From IMG/VR virus record IMGVR_UViG_3300044511_000090, positions 10,145 through 74,144 of that record: a DNA stretch of 64,000 nt. One strand, given 5' to 3'. Position 1 is the first letter of the stretch. Every line of letters begins with the position of its first letter. Below, in pieces: positions 37,172-46,831 of the stretch. The notes under the pieces were generated by a model. It was given only the letters and a program-made list of their open reading frames with translations. It did not search any database and was not told the DNA's origin. Source of the DNA: a virus. Both the position numbers and the translations under genes were made by a program.

Positions 37172-39826
37172 ATGGCAGATGTGACCCTTTTTGAAGAAAA
37201 AGCGCCAATGCTTCTTGGTATCACTCCAAGAGAATACCAAATAGAGGCTCACGACAATTCGCTTCGTCTTTTTGGCGAAGGAATTCCAGGCGTACTTCTC
37301 AGGATGGCAACCGGGTCTGGCAAAACACTAACCGCGTCAATGCTGGCAAGGACATGGCTTGGAAGAGGCGACGATTACCGCGTGATGGTCATCAGTTATG
37401 AGACTCAGCTTGTTTGGCAGTTTGCCAAAGAAATCGAGAGTTTCATCGGTGTCCAGCCTGGAATAGAAATGGAGAAGAACAGAGCGGATTCGTCTAACAA
37501 AATCGTCGTTGCTTCTCGCCAGTCGCTTTTGCAGCACCCTGGGCCGACAAAAGAACAGGCCGATGAGTTGAAATCACTCGGCGTCACCGAACTCGGATGC
37601 TCAACGAAGAAGATGGCAGAATCGTACTTGAAGTATCTCAGGAAGGGGATAAGCGTTGATGATGTTTTGGCCGACATAGAGACAAAGAATCAACAACCAG
37701 AGGCATCGAACGGGAAATGGAGCAGGGTCCACAAGTTCGATTGGCGGCTCAACTGGCTTATATTTTCCGATGAATGCCACAGGTTCGCGTATCATCTCAA
37801 ATCGGTCAATCATTGGGTCGAATGGTTCGAGCAGAACCCAAACTCGAAGCGAGCAGGGCTTTCAGCCACACCTAAAAGATCAGATGGCGTGTCTATCGGA
37901 AGCCGGATGTTCCCCGGCATCGCAATAGACTACCCACTGTTCAGCAGAGAAGGCAGATGCGCACTGAGAGACGGATACGCCGTGCCGTATGTCCAAAAAT
38001 ACATCGAACTTGAAGGCGTTGATTTCAAGCAAATCAAGAGGGTGACAGAAGGAGGCGACTTCGATGAATCAGCGCTTGAAAAAGCCCTCATGGAAGACAA
38101 AGAACTTGCCGGGCTCGTTGATCCGCTTCTTGACATGGTTGGCGATAGGCCGACTTTGATTTTCAATCCAGGCGTTGAGATGGCAAAGAAGGTTGCCAGA
38201 TTCATCAATGCCAGATGCGAAGCAAAATGCGAATGCGGACAAATACGCTGGTATCCCAAGCAACTTGTCGGGGACGGCGCAACTTGCGAGTGCGGAAGAT
38301 TCATCATCCAAGAAAACATCACAAAGAGCGGCGATCAGGCCGTCGAATTGGATGGCGAAGTCCCACACCAAGTCAGAGATGAGTATTACAGAAAGTTTGA
38401 AGAAAAGAAGTTCCAGTTTTTGTCAGTATGTGGCCTGTGCATTGCTGAAGGAACTTTGATATTGACAGATGTTGGCGATGTTCCAATTGAAGACGTTACA
38501 ACCCACATGAAGGTTTGGGACGGGGTTGAGTTTGTTTCCCATGATGGTGTCATATTCAATGGATTTAAGCCGGTCATAGAATATGCCGGATTAAGAGCCA
38601 CTGAAAACCACAAAGTATTGACAAAAAGCGGGTGGGAAACAATAGCAGAATGCAAAAAAAATGGAACGCCGATTGTTATTGGGCAGCTTATGAAGTTGCC
38701 AGTCCAGTACAGCAAGGAATCCGATTTTGTATTCAGAGACCCAGAACAACATGAACAACAGCCTGAACATGCTACAGAACAATCGAACGTCTATGACATC
38801 TTGAACGCTGGTCCTAGACATCGTTTTACAGCCAATGGGCTTCTTGTATCAAATTGCAGAGAAGGCTTTGATGTCCCATCAATCGCTTGCGTAGCCGTCT
38901 TCAGGCCAGTCAGCAAGAAGGCGTCATCACTTGCAGAGCAAATGAAGGGGCGAAGTTGCAGGCCGCTCAGGGAAATAGCGAGAATCCTTCACACTCTTCC
39001 AACGCCAGAAGACAGAAGGAAGCTGATCGAAGAAAGTGAAAAGCCCAATGCGCTTATAGTTGACTTAGTAGGAATAACCGGCCTTGCAGACTGTGCTTCG
39101 ACTGTTGAAATCTATGCCGAAGGTCTTCCAGACGAAGTAATCAAACGTGCAGAAGACATTCTATCCGAGAAGGGGAAAGACGAAGAATTCGATGTTCAAG
39201 AGGCAATTGATCAGGCAGAAAAGGAAGACCGAGAGGCCAAAGAGAAAATTCGGAAAGAACGAGAAGAGTCTGAGCGACGGGCCAAAGAAGAATTCGAGAG
39301 AAGGGCTCAAGCGGACCCGCGTGCCAAATACACGACCTATGACAAGGGTATTGGCTCTCAGTACGATCCAAACGAGGCAAGCGAAGGCCAATACAACTTA
39401 ATCAAGTCTCTTGGGATGGAAATAGGCGACGTTATCAGCAAGCGGAAGGCCGGAAGAATAATCAATATGCTCAAACAGCGGACAAACCCATCAGAAGTTG
39501 CGTACAAGAACGGCATTTCTTCATGGGAACCGACTCCGCCTAGCCCTAAGCAATCATACGCCTGCAAAAGACTTGGATACGATGTATCGACTTCATACGA
39601 AGCCAGCCAGATACTATCAGCGGCAAGGAAGCCGCAAGAATTCAAAGCCAAGAAACTGGCTGATATCCAGAATGCCAAGAACGACGGCGATCTAACAGCG
39701 GTCGGCATGGATATGAAACTCGTCAGGAGAATATGCCCGCCAGATGTGTGGGCTGAGGTTGTTTCGGCTGGCGCAAGAAAGAGGCAAGAACTCAAGAGTA
39801 TTAATTCTGACGATATTCCAGAATAA
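37172..39826 (+). CDS. Superfamily 2 DExH helicase containing a mini-intein
   Basis: PREYQ, ATGSGKT, DECH, LSATPKRSD, EGFDVP, QMKGRSCR. Confidence 0.95.
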   Translation: MADVTLFEEKAPMLLGITPREYQIEAHDNSLRLFGEGIPGVLLRMATGSGKTLTASMLARTWLGRGDDYRVMVISYETQLVWQFAKEIESFIGVQPGIEMEKNRADSSNKIVVASRQSLLQHPGPTKEQADELKSLGVTELGCSTKKMAESYLKYLRKGISVDDVLADIETKNQQPEASNGKWSRVHKFDWRLNWLIFSDECHRFAYHLKSVNHWVEWFEQNPNSKRAGLSATPKRSDGVSIGSRMFPGIAIDYPLFSREGRCALRDGYAVPYVQKYIELEGVDFKQIKRVTEGGDFDESALEKALMEDKELAGLVDPLLDMVGDRPTLIFNPGVEMAKKVARFINARCEAKCECGQIRWYPKQLVGDGATCECGRFIIQENITKSGDQAVELDGEVPHQVRDEYYRKFEEKKFQFLSVCGLCIAEGTLILTDVGDVPIEDVTTHMKVWDGVEFVSHDGVIFNGFKPVIEYAGLRATENHKVLTKSGWETIAECKKNGTPIVIGQLMKLPVQYSKESDFVFRDPEQHEQQPEHATEQSNVYDILNAGPRHRFTANGLLVSNCREGFDVPSIACVAVFRPVSKKASSLAEQMKGRSCRPLREIARILHTLPTPEDRRKLIEESEKPNALIVDLVGITGLADCASTVEIYAEGLPDEVIKRAEDILSEKGKDEEFDVQEAIDQAEKEDREAKEKIRKEREESERRAKEEFERRAQADPRAKYTTYDKGIGSQYDPNEASEGQYNLIKSLGMEIGDVISKRKAGRIINMLKQRTNPSEVAYKNGISSWEPTPPSPKQSYACKRLGYDVSTSYEASQILSAARKPQEFKAKKLADIQNAKNDGDLTAVGMDMKLVRRICPPDVWAEVVSAGARKRQELKSINSDDIPE
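38438..38854 (+). mobile_element. Mini-intein (139 aa, no endonuclease) in helicase motif V
   Basis: Block A CIAEGTLI, block B ATENHKV, blocks F/G VYDILNAGPRHRFTANGLLVSN, then Cys+1; removal restores VCGL-CREGFDVP. Confidence 0.92.
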
Positions 39827-39847
39827 TAGGCGCGCGCAGCGCCTATT
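39825..39847. repeat. Dispersed palindrome, copy 4
   Basis: aataggcgc gcgca gcgcctatt at the helicase stop. Confidence 0.9.
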
Positions 39848-39860
39848 TTGAGGGCAACCG

Positions 39861-41410
39861 ATGAAAAGCAGAGAAGAGTTTGTGAAAACGTGGAAATTCC
39901 ACATAACAGGGCTGTCGCTTTTTGGGTATGTGAGCGAGTCACGCGACGGCCAAATGGAACGATTGAAAAGGGTCCACGAAATGCCAGTCGAGTCGGAAAA
40001 ACTTCTGGCAAGCATGTACGATTGGCTAACAGGAGCGAAAAATGGGAAAGACTCAAAACCAGCGTGAAATCATTATCATCGCTATGAAGGACAGAGCGCC
40101 TTTTGTTGACGGGGTGTATTTGGGCAAGAACTTCGAGAGAGTCGAATTGTCTGTTGTCTGTCGAGCATCTGAGCCGACCGATCTTCAGGGATTTGAGTTC
40201 ATAAGCCAATCAAGACTTGGCGATAATGTGTAGTTTGGATAACCCATTGGAGGTTCATAATGACTTTTATTTTGAAGCCAACTCGTCGAGAGGTCATAAA
40301 TTTCCTTGTGGATCGTTTTGTGAAAAAATTGGAAGCAGACGCCGATGCTGCACAATTGATTGCGGTTCAGCAGGACAAACGAACTCGGAACTTGATAGAA
40401 AAACAAAAAAACATCACTCTCAAAGCCGGTCGAAAAGCATTAGCCAGAAAAATCGGCATGATCAAAAAAGCTATCGGCGAACGATTTACCGTCCATGAGA
40501 AGATTGATGAAATCGAAAACCAGAGGTTGTACACAATCTCGTTCTATTGCCATCTAACAAAGACGATTTCTCATTCTGCCTCATGCCGCAAGGAGATTGA
40601 TGAAATTGATGCCGAAATTGCCCAATCGAACAAGAAATACCAAGAACTGCAAAACCATGCTGCTTCCATTAAAAGACGAGCAAGCAGACTAGCGTATTGT
40701 GACGAAAAAAGCAGGATCGATTTGTTGAGGCTCTTGATAGAAAAACTACCGGACAAAGCTGAGCCACTTGTTGATAGCCTAATAAACATGATCCAAAAAT
40801 GCTCAGAAACTGAACAAGCGAGTCAGTCTGGGCAATGAAGTTATCCTGACGAACCAACGAAACCGAGTAGCATAACCAATGACTGGAGCGGACAGATGGA
40901 GAAGTACATCGATTTCATCGACGCCGGTTCCAGCGAAAGCGGCAAGACAAAGCTATGGCATGTCGTGCCGAAACAAGGCGACGGCTCGCCAATCGGCTTG
41001 ATCCACTGGTACGGTCCATGGCGCAAGTATTGCTTCAGCCCGCACCATGACACGATCTACGAACAGGTTTGTTTGCGTGACATCGCGGACTTCTGCGAAC
41101 AGCAAACAACGACCCAAAAGAACGGCAACAGCAGATTCCCAATTAGCAGCAGGAGCTTGTAATGCCCACGACCTGCACGCGCTGCAACCGCCGCACGCGG
41201 AACTTGAGCCGGGCCGGGAACGCATACTACTGCCCAGAATGCCGGATCGAGTGGCGGCAGAAGCTAGTCGAGGGCGGACGCAGGGCGGCGAAGAAACGGG
41301 CGGCTGCACCAGAGCCGACGATGGCCGAACTGGACGCGCTGATTGCGAGGCAGATGCGGAATCTGCCCCGGTGGTGGAGCAAGTGCAGAGCGTTTGCGAA
41401 AGGGGACTGA
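39861..41410 (+). other. Hypothetical genes (39861-40067, 40042-40233, 40260-40838, 40896-41162, 41162-41410)
   Basis: Co-oriented ORFs; 40896 carries the common phage motif GKT..W.V...IG.I.W...WRKYCF. Confidence 0.65.
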
Positions 41411-41467
41411 CCCAGGCCCAGCGTTTGGGCATCACGGCGGCGGGACTGACACGAAAGGAGATGGGGG

Positions 41468-42358
41468 ATGACCCAGCGCATCGGCCCCCACGAGTTGCAC
41501 TGCGGCGATGCCATCACGGTCCTGCGCCAGATGCCGGAACGGTATGTGTCGCTGACCGTGACGAGCCCGCCGTATGAAGATGCCCGCACCTACGGCGTCG
41601 GGTTCCGACTCAAAGGACAGGATTGGGTCGATTGGCTTATCCCGATCATTGTCGAATGCTGCCGTGTAACTGACGGGCTTGTGCTTGTGAACGCAGCCGG
41701 GAAGGTGAACGACTTCCAGTACACGCCGGTCATGGAATGGCTTGTCACAGACTTGACCCGTCAGCATGGGATCGTATGCGGACCGGCCCCATACGTTTAC
41801 CGGCGCGTCGGCATCCCTGGCAGCGGCGGTCAGCATTACCACCGGCGCGATTGGGAACCAGTCTATGCGTTCGCGTTGCCGGATCGACTGCCGTTGAGGT
41901 GGAGCGATAACACGGCAACCGGCCACGCGATCCCGGCTCGTATCGCTGCGGTGTCACCACGAGGGACAAACGGGGCAAGAAATCATGGCTTTTATTCGTC
42001 ACCGGATATTGCCAACGCCGGGAACGTAATCAATGAAACGTACACTGCCGCGCAGGTCCAGACCATACTTGACGGCGGCGACGTAATCGACTGCAAGGTT
42101 GGCGGCGGGCTCATGGGGCATCCGTTGGCAAGCGAGAACGAAGCGCCAATGTCGCTCACGCTCGCTACATGGCTCGTGCGCAGTTACGCGCCACCGGGCG
42201 GGCGTGTGCTCGATCCGTTCATGGGCAGCGGGACTACGCTTCATGCGTGCATGGACACCGGCCGGATCGGTGTAGGGATTGACTTACGCGAATCGCAAAT
42301 CGAACTAACCCGGCGACGGCTACAGTCCGTGACGCCGACGATGTTCGATGAGGCTTGA
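41468..42358 (+). CDS. DNA amino-methyltransferase (beta class, SPPY; probably N4-cytosine)
   Basis: VTSPPY precedes VLDPFMGSGTT. Confidence 0.92.
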   Translation: MTQRIGPHELHCGDAITVLRQMPERYVSLTVTSPPYEDARTYGVGFRLKGQDWVDWLIPIIVECCRVTDGLVLVNAAGKVNDFQYTPVMEWLVTDLTRQHGIVCGPAPYVYRRVGIPGSGGQHYHRRDWEPVYAFALPDRLPLRWSDNTATGHAIPARIAAVSPRGTNGARNHGFYSSPDIANAGNVINETYTAAQVQTILDGGDVIDCKVGGGLMGHPLASENEAPMSLTLATWLVRSYAPPGGRVLDPFMGSGTTLHACMDTGRIGVGIDLRESQIELTRRRLQSVTPTMFDEA

Positions 42359-42362
42359 CAAT

Positions 42363-42572
42363 GAAAGGACGGTGACGGGATGGCGAAACCAACAACAGAA
42401 TTCGTGCCAGACCAATTGCGAACTGTTGCCACGACCAGGACGACTGGCTTTCTCGATCTACGATACGCGCCAAGACGGTTCGTTCCGAAGTTGTCAACCG
42501 ACGACGATTTGTCATGGCTGAAACCAAACAGACTTCGATTGACGGCATCAAAGAAAGGACGGTGACGGGATG
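42363..42572 (+). repeat. 20-bp direct repeat GAAAGGACGGTGACGGGATG (42363-42382, 42553-42572) flanking ORF 42380-42565
   Basis: Exact match; each copy includes an RBS and ATG. Confidence 0.9.
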
Positions 42573-42899
42573 AATCTTGCAGATGAGATTGTAGGTGGTT
42601 TTCGCGGGCTTGCGGATGCATTGAAAGCCAGCTGCGCCGCCTTTGAATCCCGCGTCATGCGCTGGCCAGCGCCGGGCGTGGACAGCACGCCGACTGAGCC
42701 GGGATGGTATCGGCTGCGGAATGGGGCTCACAATCACGGGGAAAAAATTAACGACGGCATTTACTTGATTGAGATGCGAAACAATCATTTGTCTGTTTGG
42801 GACGGCAGGTGTTGGGCATGGCACGCTTCTAATATTCGCGGTGAGTGGGTTCGTATCCCGTTCCCGCTGGAACCGGAGGCCGCGAACGATGCTAAGTGA
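42570..42899 (+). CDS. Hypothetical protein
   Basis: PTEPGWY...GEW.RIP.P motif. Confidence 0.65.
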   Translation: MNLADEIVGGFRGLADALKASCAAFESRVMRWPAPGVDSTPTEPGWYRLRNGAHNHGEKINDGIYLIEMRNNHLSVWDGRCWAWHASNIRGEWVRIPFPLEPEAANDAK

Positions 42900-43551
42900 C
42901 CGTCCACTCCTTGACGCGATTATAGCCGCCCCGGACCAGGACGCGCCGCGACTGGTGTACGCAGACTGGCTTGAAGAGAACGGCGGTGGGGAACGCGCTG
43001 AGCTGATCCGGTTGCAGATTGAGGCCGAGAATCGGGGATGTCTGTGCTCGCGCAAAATCATTAGATTCGCTGGACGAGTCCTTAATCGTGTCCAAATCCT
43101 AATGCAAAGAAGGACTACGTGCAGATCGTGCCAACTTCAATTGCAAATCAAAGACTTGATAAACAAATTGATGACAAAAGGCGATGAAGAATTCGTCATT
43201 CAAAAATCAAGCCATTACGACCTGATCATCTCGCGCGGCTTCATCGAGGCCGTCGAATGCGACTGGCGCTGGTTCGCGGACAACGCCGACAAGATGCTGG
43301 CGCAGAACCCGGTACGGCAGGTCCGGCTTACGAGTTGGCCATCGTTGCAGCTTTGTAGACTACCATTTACGTACTGGTTTACTGGCATGCCTTTTGATCG
43401 TGAAAAAGCTGGAGAAGTGGCAATAAAAATGTTGCGCAGTGGTGGACAGTGGCCGGGAACCAGATGGAACTACACTCTCCTATTCACATTCCTTTTACTT
43501 CGCGCCTGCTGGCCAACCGTCAAAGCGTGGAAGTTCCCTGCCAGCCGATGA
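42889..43551 (+). CDS. TIGR02996-domain protein, host-type architecture
   Basis: LLDAIIAAPDQDAPRLVYADWLEENG..ERAELIRLQI; SRGFIEAVEC...NPVRQVRLT. Confidence 0.9.
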   Translation: MLSDRPLLDAIIAAPDQDAPRLVYADWLEENGGGERAELIRLQIEAENRGCLCSRKIIRFAGRVLNRVQILMQRRTTCRSCQLQLQIKDLINKLMTKGDEEFVIQKSSHYDLIISRGFIEAVECDWRWFADNADKMLAQNPVRQVRLTSWPSLQLCRLPFTYWFTGMPFDREKAGEVAIKMLRSGGQWPGTRWNYTLLFTFLLLRACWPTVKAWKFPASR

Positions 43552-43590
43552 CCAACCAACGCAACAAACAAAAACGGACGAAAAATTTCC

Positions 43591-43620
43591 TTGACTGGCT
43601 ATTGGCTTTTGCTATACACT
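43591..43620 (+). promoter_or_regulatory. Sigma70-like promoter TTGACT...TATACACT
   Basis: A-rich upstream tract and 16-18 bp spacing; precedes the membrane/lysis-like cluster. Confidence 0.55.
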
Positions 43621-43642
43621 AACCCAAACTAGAGGCAGACAC

Positions 43643-43954
43643 ATGAAACTGCGAGACGCCGCAATTCGCATCCTTGACCGTGGCCATTCAAAATTCCCAA
43701 GACTTGCACAGCACGCACTGGCAAGAAACGTTGTTTCCGAGTACATCCACTCAAATCCAGACATTTGGACCGATGACATCGGTGATGCGCCGGACGCGCT
43801 TAAGGATGTTCTACGGGCCGCGTTTGATGCCGTCGAAGACCGGCTTGAGTCAAATGGGAAAGCGATACTTCTTTCAATTGTCCAGGCAGCGGAATACGTT
43901 CTGCTCGACACTGGGCTGATTGATGTTCTTTGGGATGCTTGGTTCAAGAAGTAA
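43643..43954 (+). CDS. Hypothetical protein
   Basis: GAGG RBS. Confidence 0.65.
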   Translation: MKLRDAAIRILDRGHSKFPRLAQHALARNVVSEYIHSNPDIWTDDIGDAPDALKDVLRAAFDAVEDRLESNGKAILLSIVQAAEYVLLDTGLIDVLWDAWFKK

Positions 43955-43974
43955 TTTTTCAAAGGAGATGGCCA

Positions 43975-44157
43975 ATGAAACTTGATGCCGAACAGGTCCG
44001 CAGCGGCCTAAACCTCATCGCAGACCTTGGCGCTTGGGTCGCCAAGTTCACTCCGACAAGCAAAGACGATCAGGCATTCGAGTTTTTGAAACTCATTGCC
44101 AACACCCCTGGCGCAATCGAAAAGGTTCTCGAAATTGTTCAAAAGAAGTCCGAGTAG
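43975..44157 (+). CDS. Small amphipathic protein, holin-like candidate
   Basis: AKFTPTSKDD motif; AAGGAG RBS. Confidence 0.5.
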   Translation: MKLDAEQVRSGLNLIADLGAWVAKFTPTSKDDQAFEFLKLIANTPGAIEKVLEIVQKKSE

Positions 44158-44179
44158 TCACAACTCACAAGGGACGCAA

Positions 44180-44743
44180 ATGGTCCGATATTTCTCTGCG
44201 CTGATTCTGTTCCTTTGTCCTGCTGCCTACGGACAAGAGAAGTCAATCGAGGCCGAGCTTGCAGAACATGCAAAGTTGAAGGCCGAAGTCGAGGCCAAGC
44301 AGAAACAGCTTTCTGACAGCGCCGAAAGAATCAAGGCATTGCTTGCCGAATTGCAACGGAAGGCAAACGAACTTGGGATCGACGGCAAGCCACCGAAACC
44401 AGACGAACTAAAGACGTTCGTTGACTCGCTCAAGGCCGCATACGCCAAGGAAGGCGACAAATCAAAGTTCCCGGCTCTTATGAGCCTTTGGAAAGCGGCA
44501 GCGTCTCTGGCTTCAGAGGCCAAGACATGGGGTGCTCTGTGGTCGGCTATGGCAGACACGGCAAAAGCACTTGGGCTGTCTGGCCAGTTGATAGAGATTC
44601 AGCGCGCAGTCAGTCGAGAGCTTTCGTCTCGGCTTCCTGTCAACCCATCCGAGAAGCCAGACGAGCCAATCACTGCCGACCATGCGAAACTTATCAAGGC
44701 CGAGTTTGAACGAGTTGTCAAAGCACTGGAGCAAGTCAAATGA
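44180..44743 (+). CDS. Secreted coiled-coil/helical protein
   Basis: Signal peptide MVRYFSALILFLCPAAYG; Pro-rich linker. Confidence 0.75.
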   Translation: MVRYFSALILFLCPAAYGQEKSIEAELAEHAKLKAEVEAKQKQLSDSAERIKALLAELQRKANELGIDGKPPKPDELKTFVDSLKAAYAKEGDKSKFPALMSLWKAAASLASEAKTWGALWSAMADTAKALGLSGQLIEIQRAVSRELSSRLPVNPSEKPDEPITADHAKLIKAEFERVVKALEQVK

Positions 44744-45732
44744 GTTGGGATTTTTCGCAATTCGGCGGCGTTCCGATGATCGAAGGCAAGTTGCTGTGCG
44801 ACAGCGGCTTGACCGACGTTAATCCAGACGATCTTGCCTGGAACTTTGGCGTACAACACAACCTGTCAGAACTCACCACGACCGAGCCGATTCCTCCAAT
44901 CAAGACTCTTTACGAAGCATTCCCAAATCTACAGGGCAAGTGGGACGGCAAGACCACGATCAATCACCATGAAGCAGTGAGGAAAGTTCTTGGCCGAGAC
45001 TTGTCCCCACATGCGCAGGTTGCAGGAACATGCGGATCACATGCTGGAAGCCGTGGTCTTGAATTGCTTCAGTGCTCTCTTATCGCCAACGGGAAGCGTG
45101 CAAAGTATCATGACGTTTCGCACGCATGGCTTTACTACTTGGCCAGAAAAATGTACGGCATGTTGGGAGGCGGAGACGGTGTTGCCGGTGGTTCCATACC
45201 AGAAGCGATGGCCAAGTTTGGCGCTCTGCATCGCGTTGAAGCGGATGATCTAAACCAGAACAGTGACAACCTTGCCGTTCGTTGGGGGCGAGGGCAGATG
45301 TCTGCTGCTGAGTACAAGCGTCTGTCAGAGCTCGCCAGAGACAACATCGTGACTGCTAAGGTCCGTTGCAGATCGGCATCTGAACTTGCTGACGGGCTTG
45401 CCGCTGGCGGAGTCGGAATCGTATCTGACGGTCGTGGATTCACCATGACCCGCGACAAATATGGGTTCTGTGATCCAAAGGGGACATGGTGGCACTACCA
45501 TGTCCGATCAGGCGTCAGAATCGCCAAGAATGGGCGTCGTGGCTTCGTTTACGACCAGAGTTGGGGAGAAAACGTACCAAATGGCGATTTGGTCGATGGA
45601 TGCCCGTCAAACTGCTTTCTTGTCGATTGGGACGTTATGGACGCAAGCTGTAGGAACGGGGAAGCAGACTGCGTGTTTGCTTTCGACCTGTGGGATTTGG
45701 AGCAAGGCAACCTTGACCCGTGGGTGTTCTAG
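44740..45732 (+). CDS. Papain-like (C1) cysteine peptidase
   Basis: QVAGTCGSHA (oxyanion Gln and catalytic Cys), WWHYH, DQSWG. Confidence 0.78.
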   Translation: MSWDFSQFGGVPMIEGKLLCDSGLTDVNPDDLAWNFGVQHNLSELTTTEPIPPIKTLYEAFPNLQGKWDGKTTINHHEAVRKVLGRDLSPHAQVAGTCGSHAGSRGLELLQCSLIANGKRAKYHDVSHAWLYYLARKMYGMLGGGDGVAGGSIPEAMAKFGALHRVEADDLNQNSDNLAVRWGRGQMSAAEYKRLSELARDNIVTAKVRCRSASELADGLAAGGVGIVSDGRGFTMTRDKYGFCDPKGTWWHYHVRSGVRIAKNGRRGFVYDQSWGENVPNGDLVDGCPSNCFLVDWDVMDASCRNGEADCVFAFDLWDLEQGNLDPWVF

Positions 45733-46088
45733 TGCGCTTAATCATTGCAATTGTGGCTTCGGTCTCGTTCGCGTCAATTTCATTCGCCGACACGGACACA
45801 GACGCACGGGCAATCATGCTCATGCGCCTGGCTTTGCACAATCAAAAAACAGTCAGGTCACAAAAAATGGCCGACCTTCCGACTGTTCCATCGCACTTTC
45901 ATTACCACCATTGCGGCAATTGCAATTCTTACTTTGCACATGCAAATGACGGAACGCAATCGCACTATTGTCCGCGATGCAAAGCCGGTCCTTGGCTATT
46001 ACAGGTTCAGCCGCCTCCTGGCGGAACACAAGTTTGGCTGCATAAGCCACTGAAAGCGTCCTCGTCGAAAGACGACTGCCCAGAGTGA
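45732..46088 (+). CDS. Secreted Cys/His-rich protein
   Basis: Signal-like N-terminus; HHCGNC...H...SHYCPRC. Confidence 0.65.
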   Translation: MRLIIAIVASVSFASISFADTDTDARAIMLMRLALHNQKTVRSQKMADLPTVPSHFHYHHCGNCNSYFAHANDGTQSHYCPRCKAGPWLLQVQPPPGGTQVWLHKPLKASSSKDDCPE

Positions 46089-46099
46089 CTTAGGAGATG

Positions 46100-46335
46100 A
46101 GTCCGCCGTGAGCGGGATGATTTGGATTCACAAGACGACTGCGCAGCACGGATCGCCTCGTGCTCAGAAAGAGTCGGGTTGTTTAGGAACCGGATTAGAA
46201 CGGTGTCGTCCATACATACATGACACCATAAACGCCTAAACGGTTCAAGGTCGATATTCATGTGTGCTGTCCCGCTCGTTGCGGGTCAGTAAAGAACCGC
46301 TGCTCAGGTAGGAAGTGTGGTGAGTAGCGGACTTT
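46100..46335 (+). ncRNA. Candidate structured non-coding RNA
   Basis: About 300-nt intergenic gap with several nested stems, followed by a terminator. Confidence 0.5.
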
Positions 46336-46340
46336 GCTCT

Positions 46341-46375
46341 CGCCCGGATTGGCGCTGACCAATCCGGGCGTTTTT
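46341..46375 (+). terminator. Intrinsic terminator
   Basis: CGCCCGGATTGG-6-CCAATCCGGGCG-TTTTT. Confidence 0.88.
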
Positions 46376-46418
46376 GATACAATGATGGCTGTTGTTTTTC
46401 TACAAAGGAGTGTTTGCT

Positions 46419-46766
46419 ATGCGATTTGTACTCTGTCTGATTGCTCTGATGGTGTTTTGCATGATTGCTGGCGCTGCTGAAAAAGCACCGGCTGCAAAGG
46501 CTGTTGCCGCTGCTCCGTGCGGCCCAAACGGTTGCCCGATTCGGTCTCGGTCTCTATCACTTCACATCGAAAGTCATGGCGCATGGGCATTTGACGGCCA
46601 TCGCGTTTCCGGCGTATTTTCCCGTGTTAGGGGATTTGTTCATGACGCCGCTTTTCGAGCATTTCATTTCGTATCTGCGGTTCGGCACAACATTTCCGGG
46701 GTTTTTGTCAACCGGCCTCGGCTTGTTTCGATGACTCGGCATGTGGTATTCGTGAGGCGGCGATAA
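46419..46766 (+). CDS. Secreted Arg-rich protein, planctomycete-like
   Basis: Signal peptide; CGPNGC motif; AAGGAG RBS. Confidence 0.7.
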   Translation: MRFVLCLIALMVFCMIAGAAEKAPAAKAVAAAPCGPNGCPIRSRSLSLHIESHGAWAFDGHRVSGVFSRVRGFVHDAAFRAFHFVSAVRHNISGVFVNRPRLVSMTRHVVFVRRR

Positions 46767-46793
46767 TTTCGCGTATCGCTGAGTCTCACGCAC

Positions 46794-46819
46794 GGGAAGG
46801 CTTCGGCCTTCCCATTTTT
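46794..46819 (+). terminator. Intrinsic terminator
   Basis: GGGAAGGC-TTCG-GCCTTCCC-ATTTTT. Confidence 0.85.
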
Positions 46820-46831
46820 ATTGGAGGGCTT

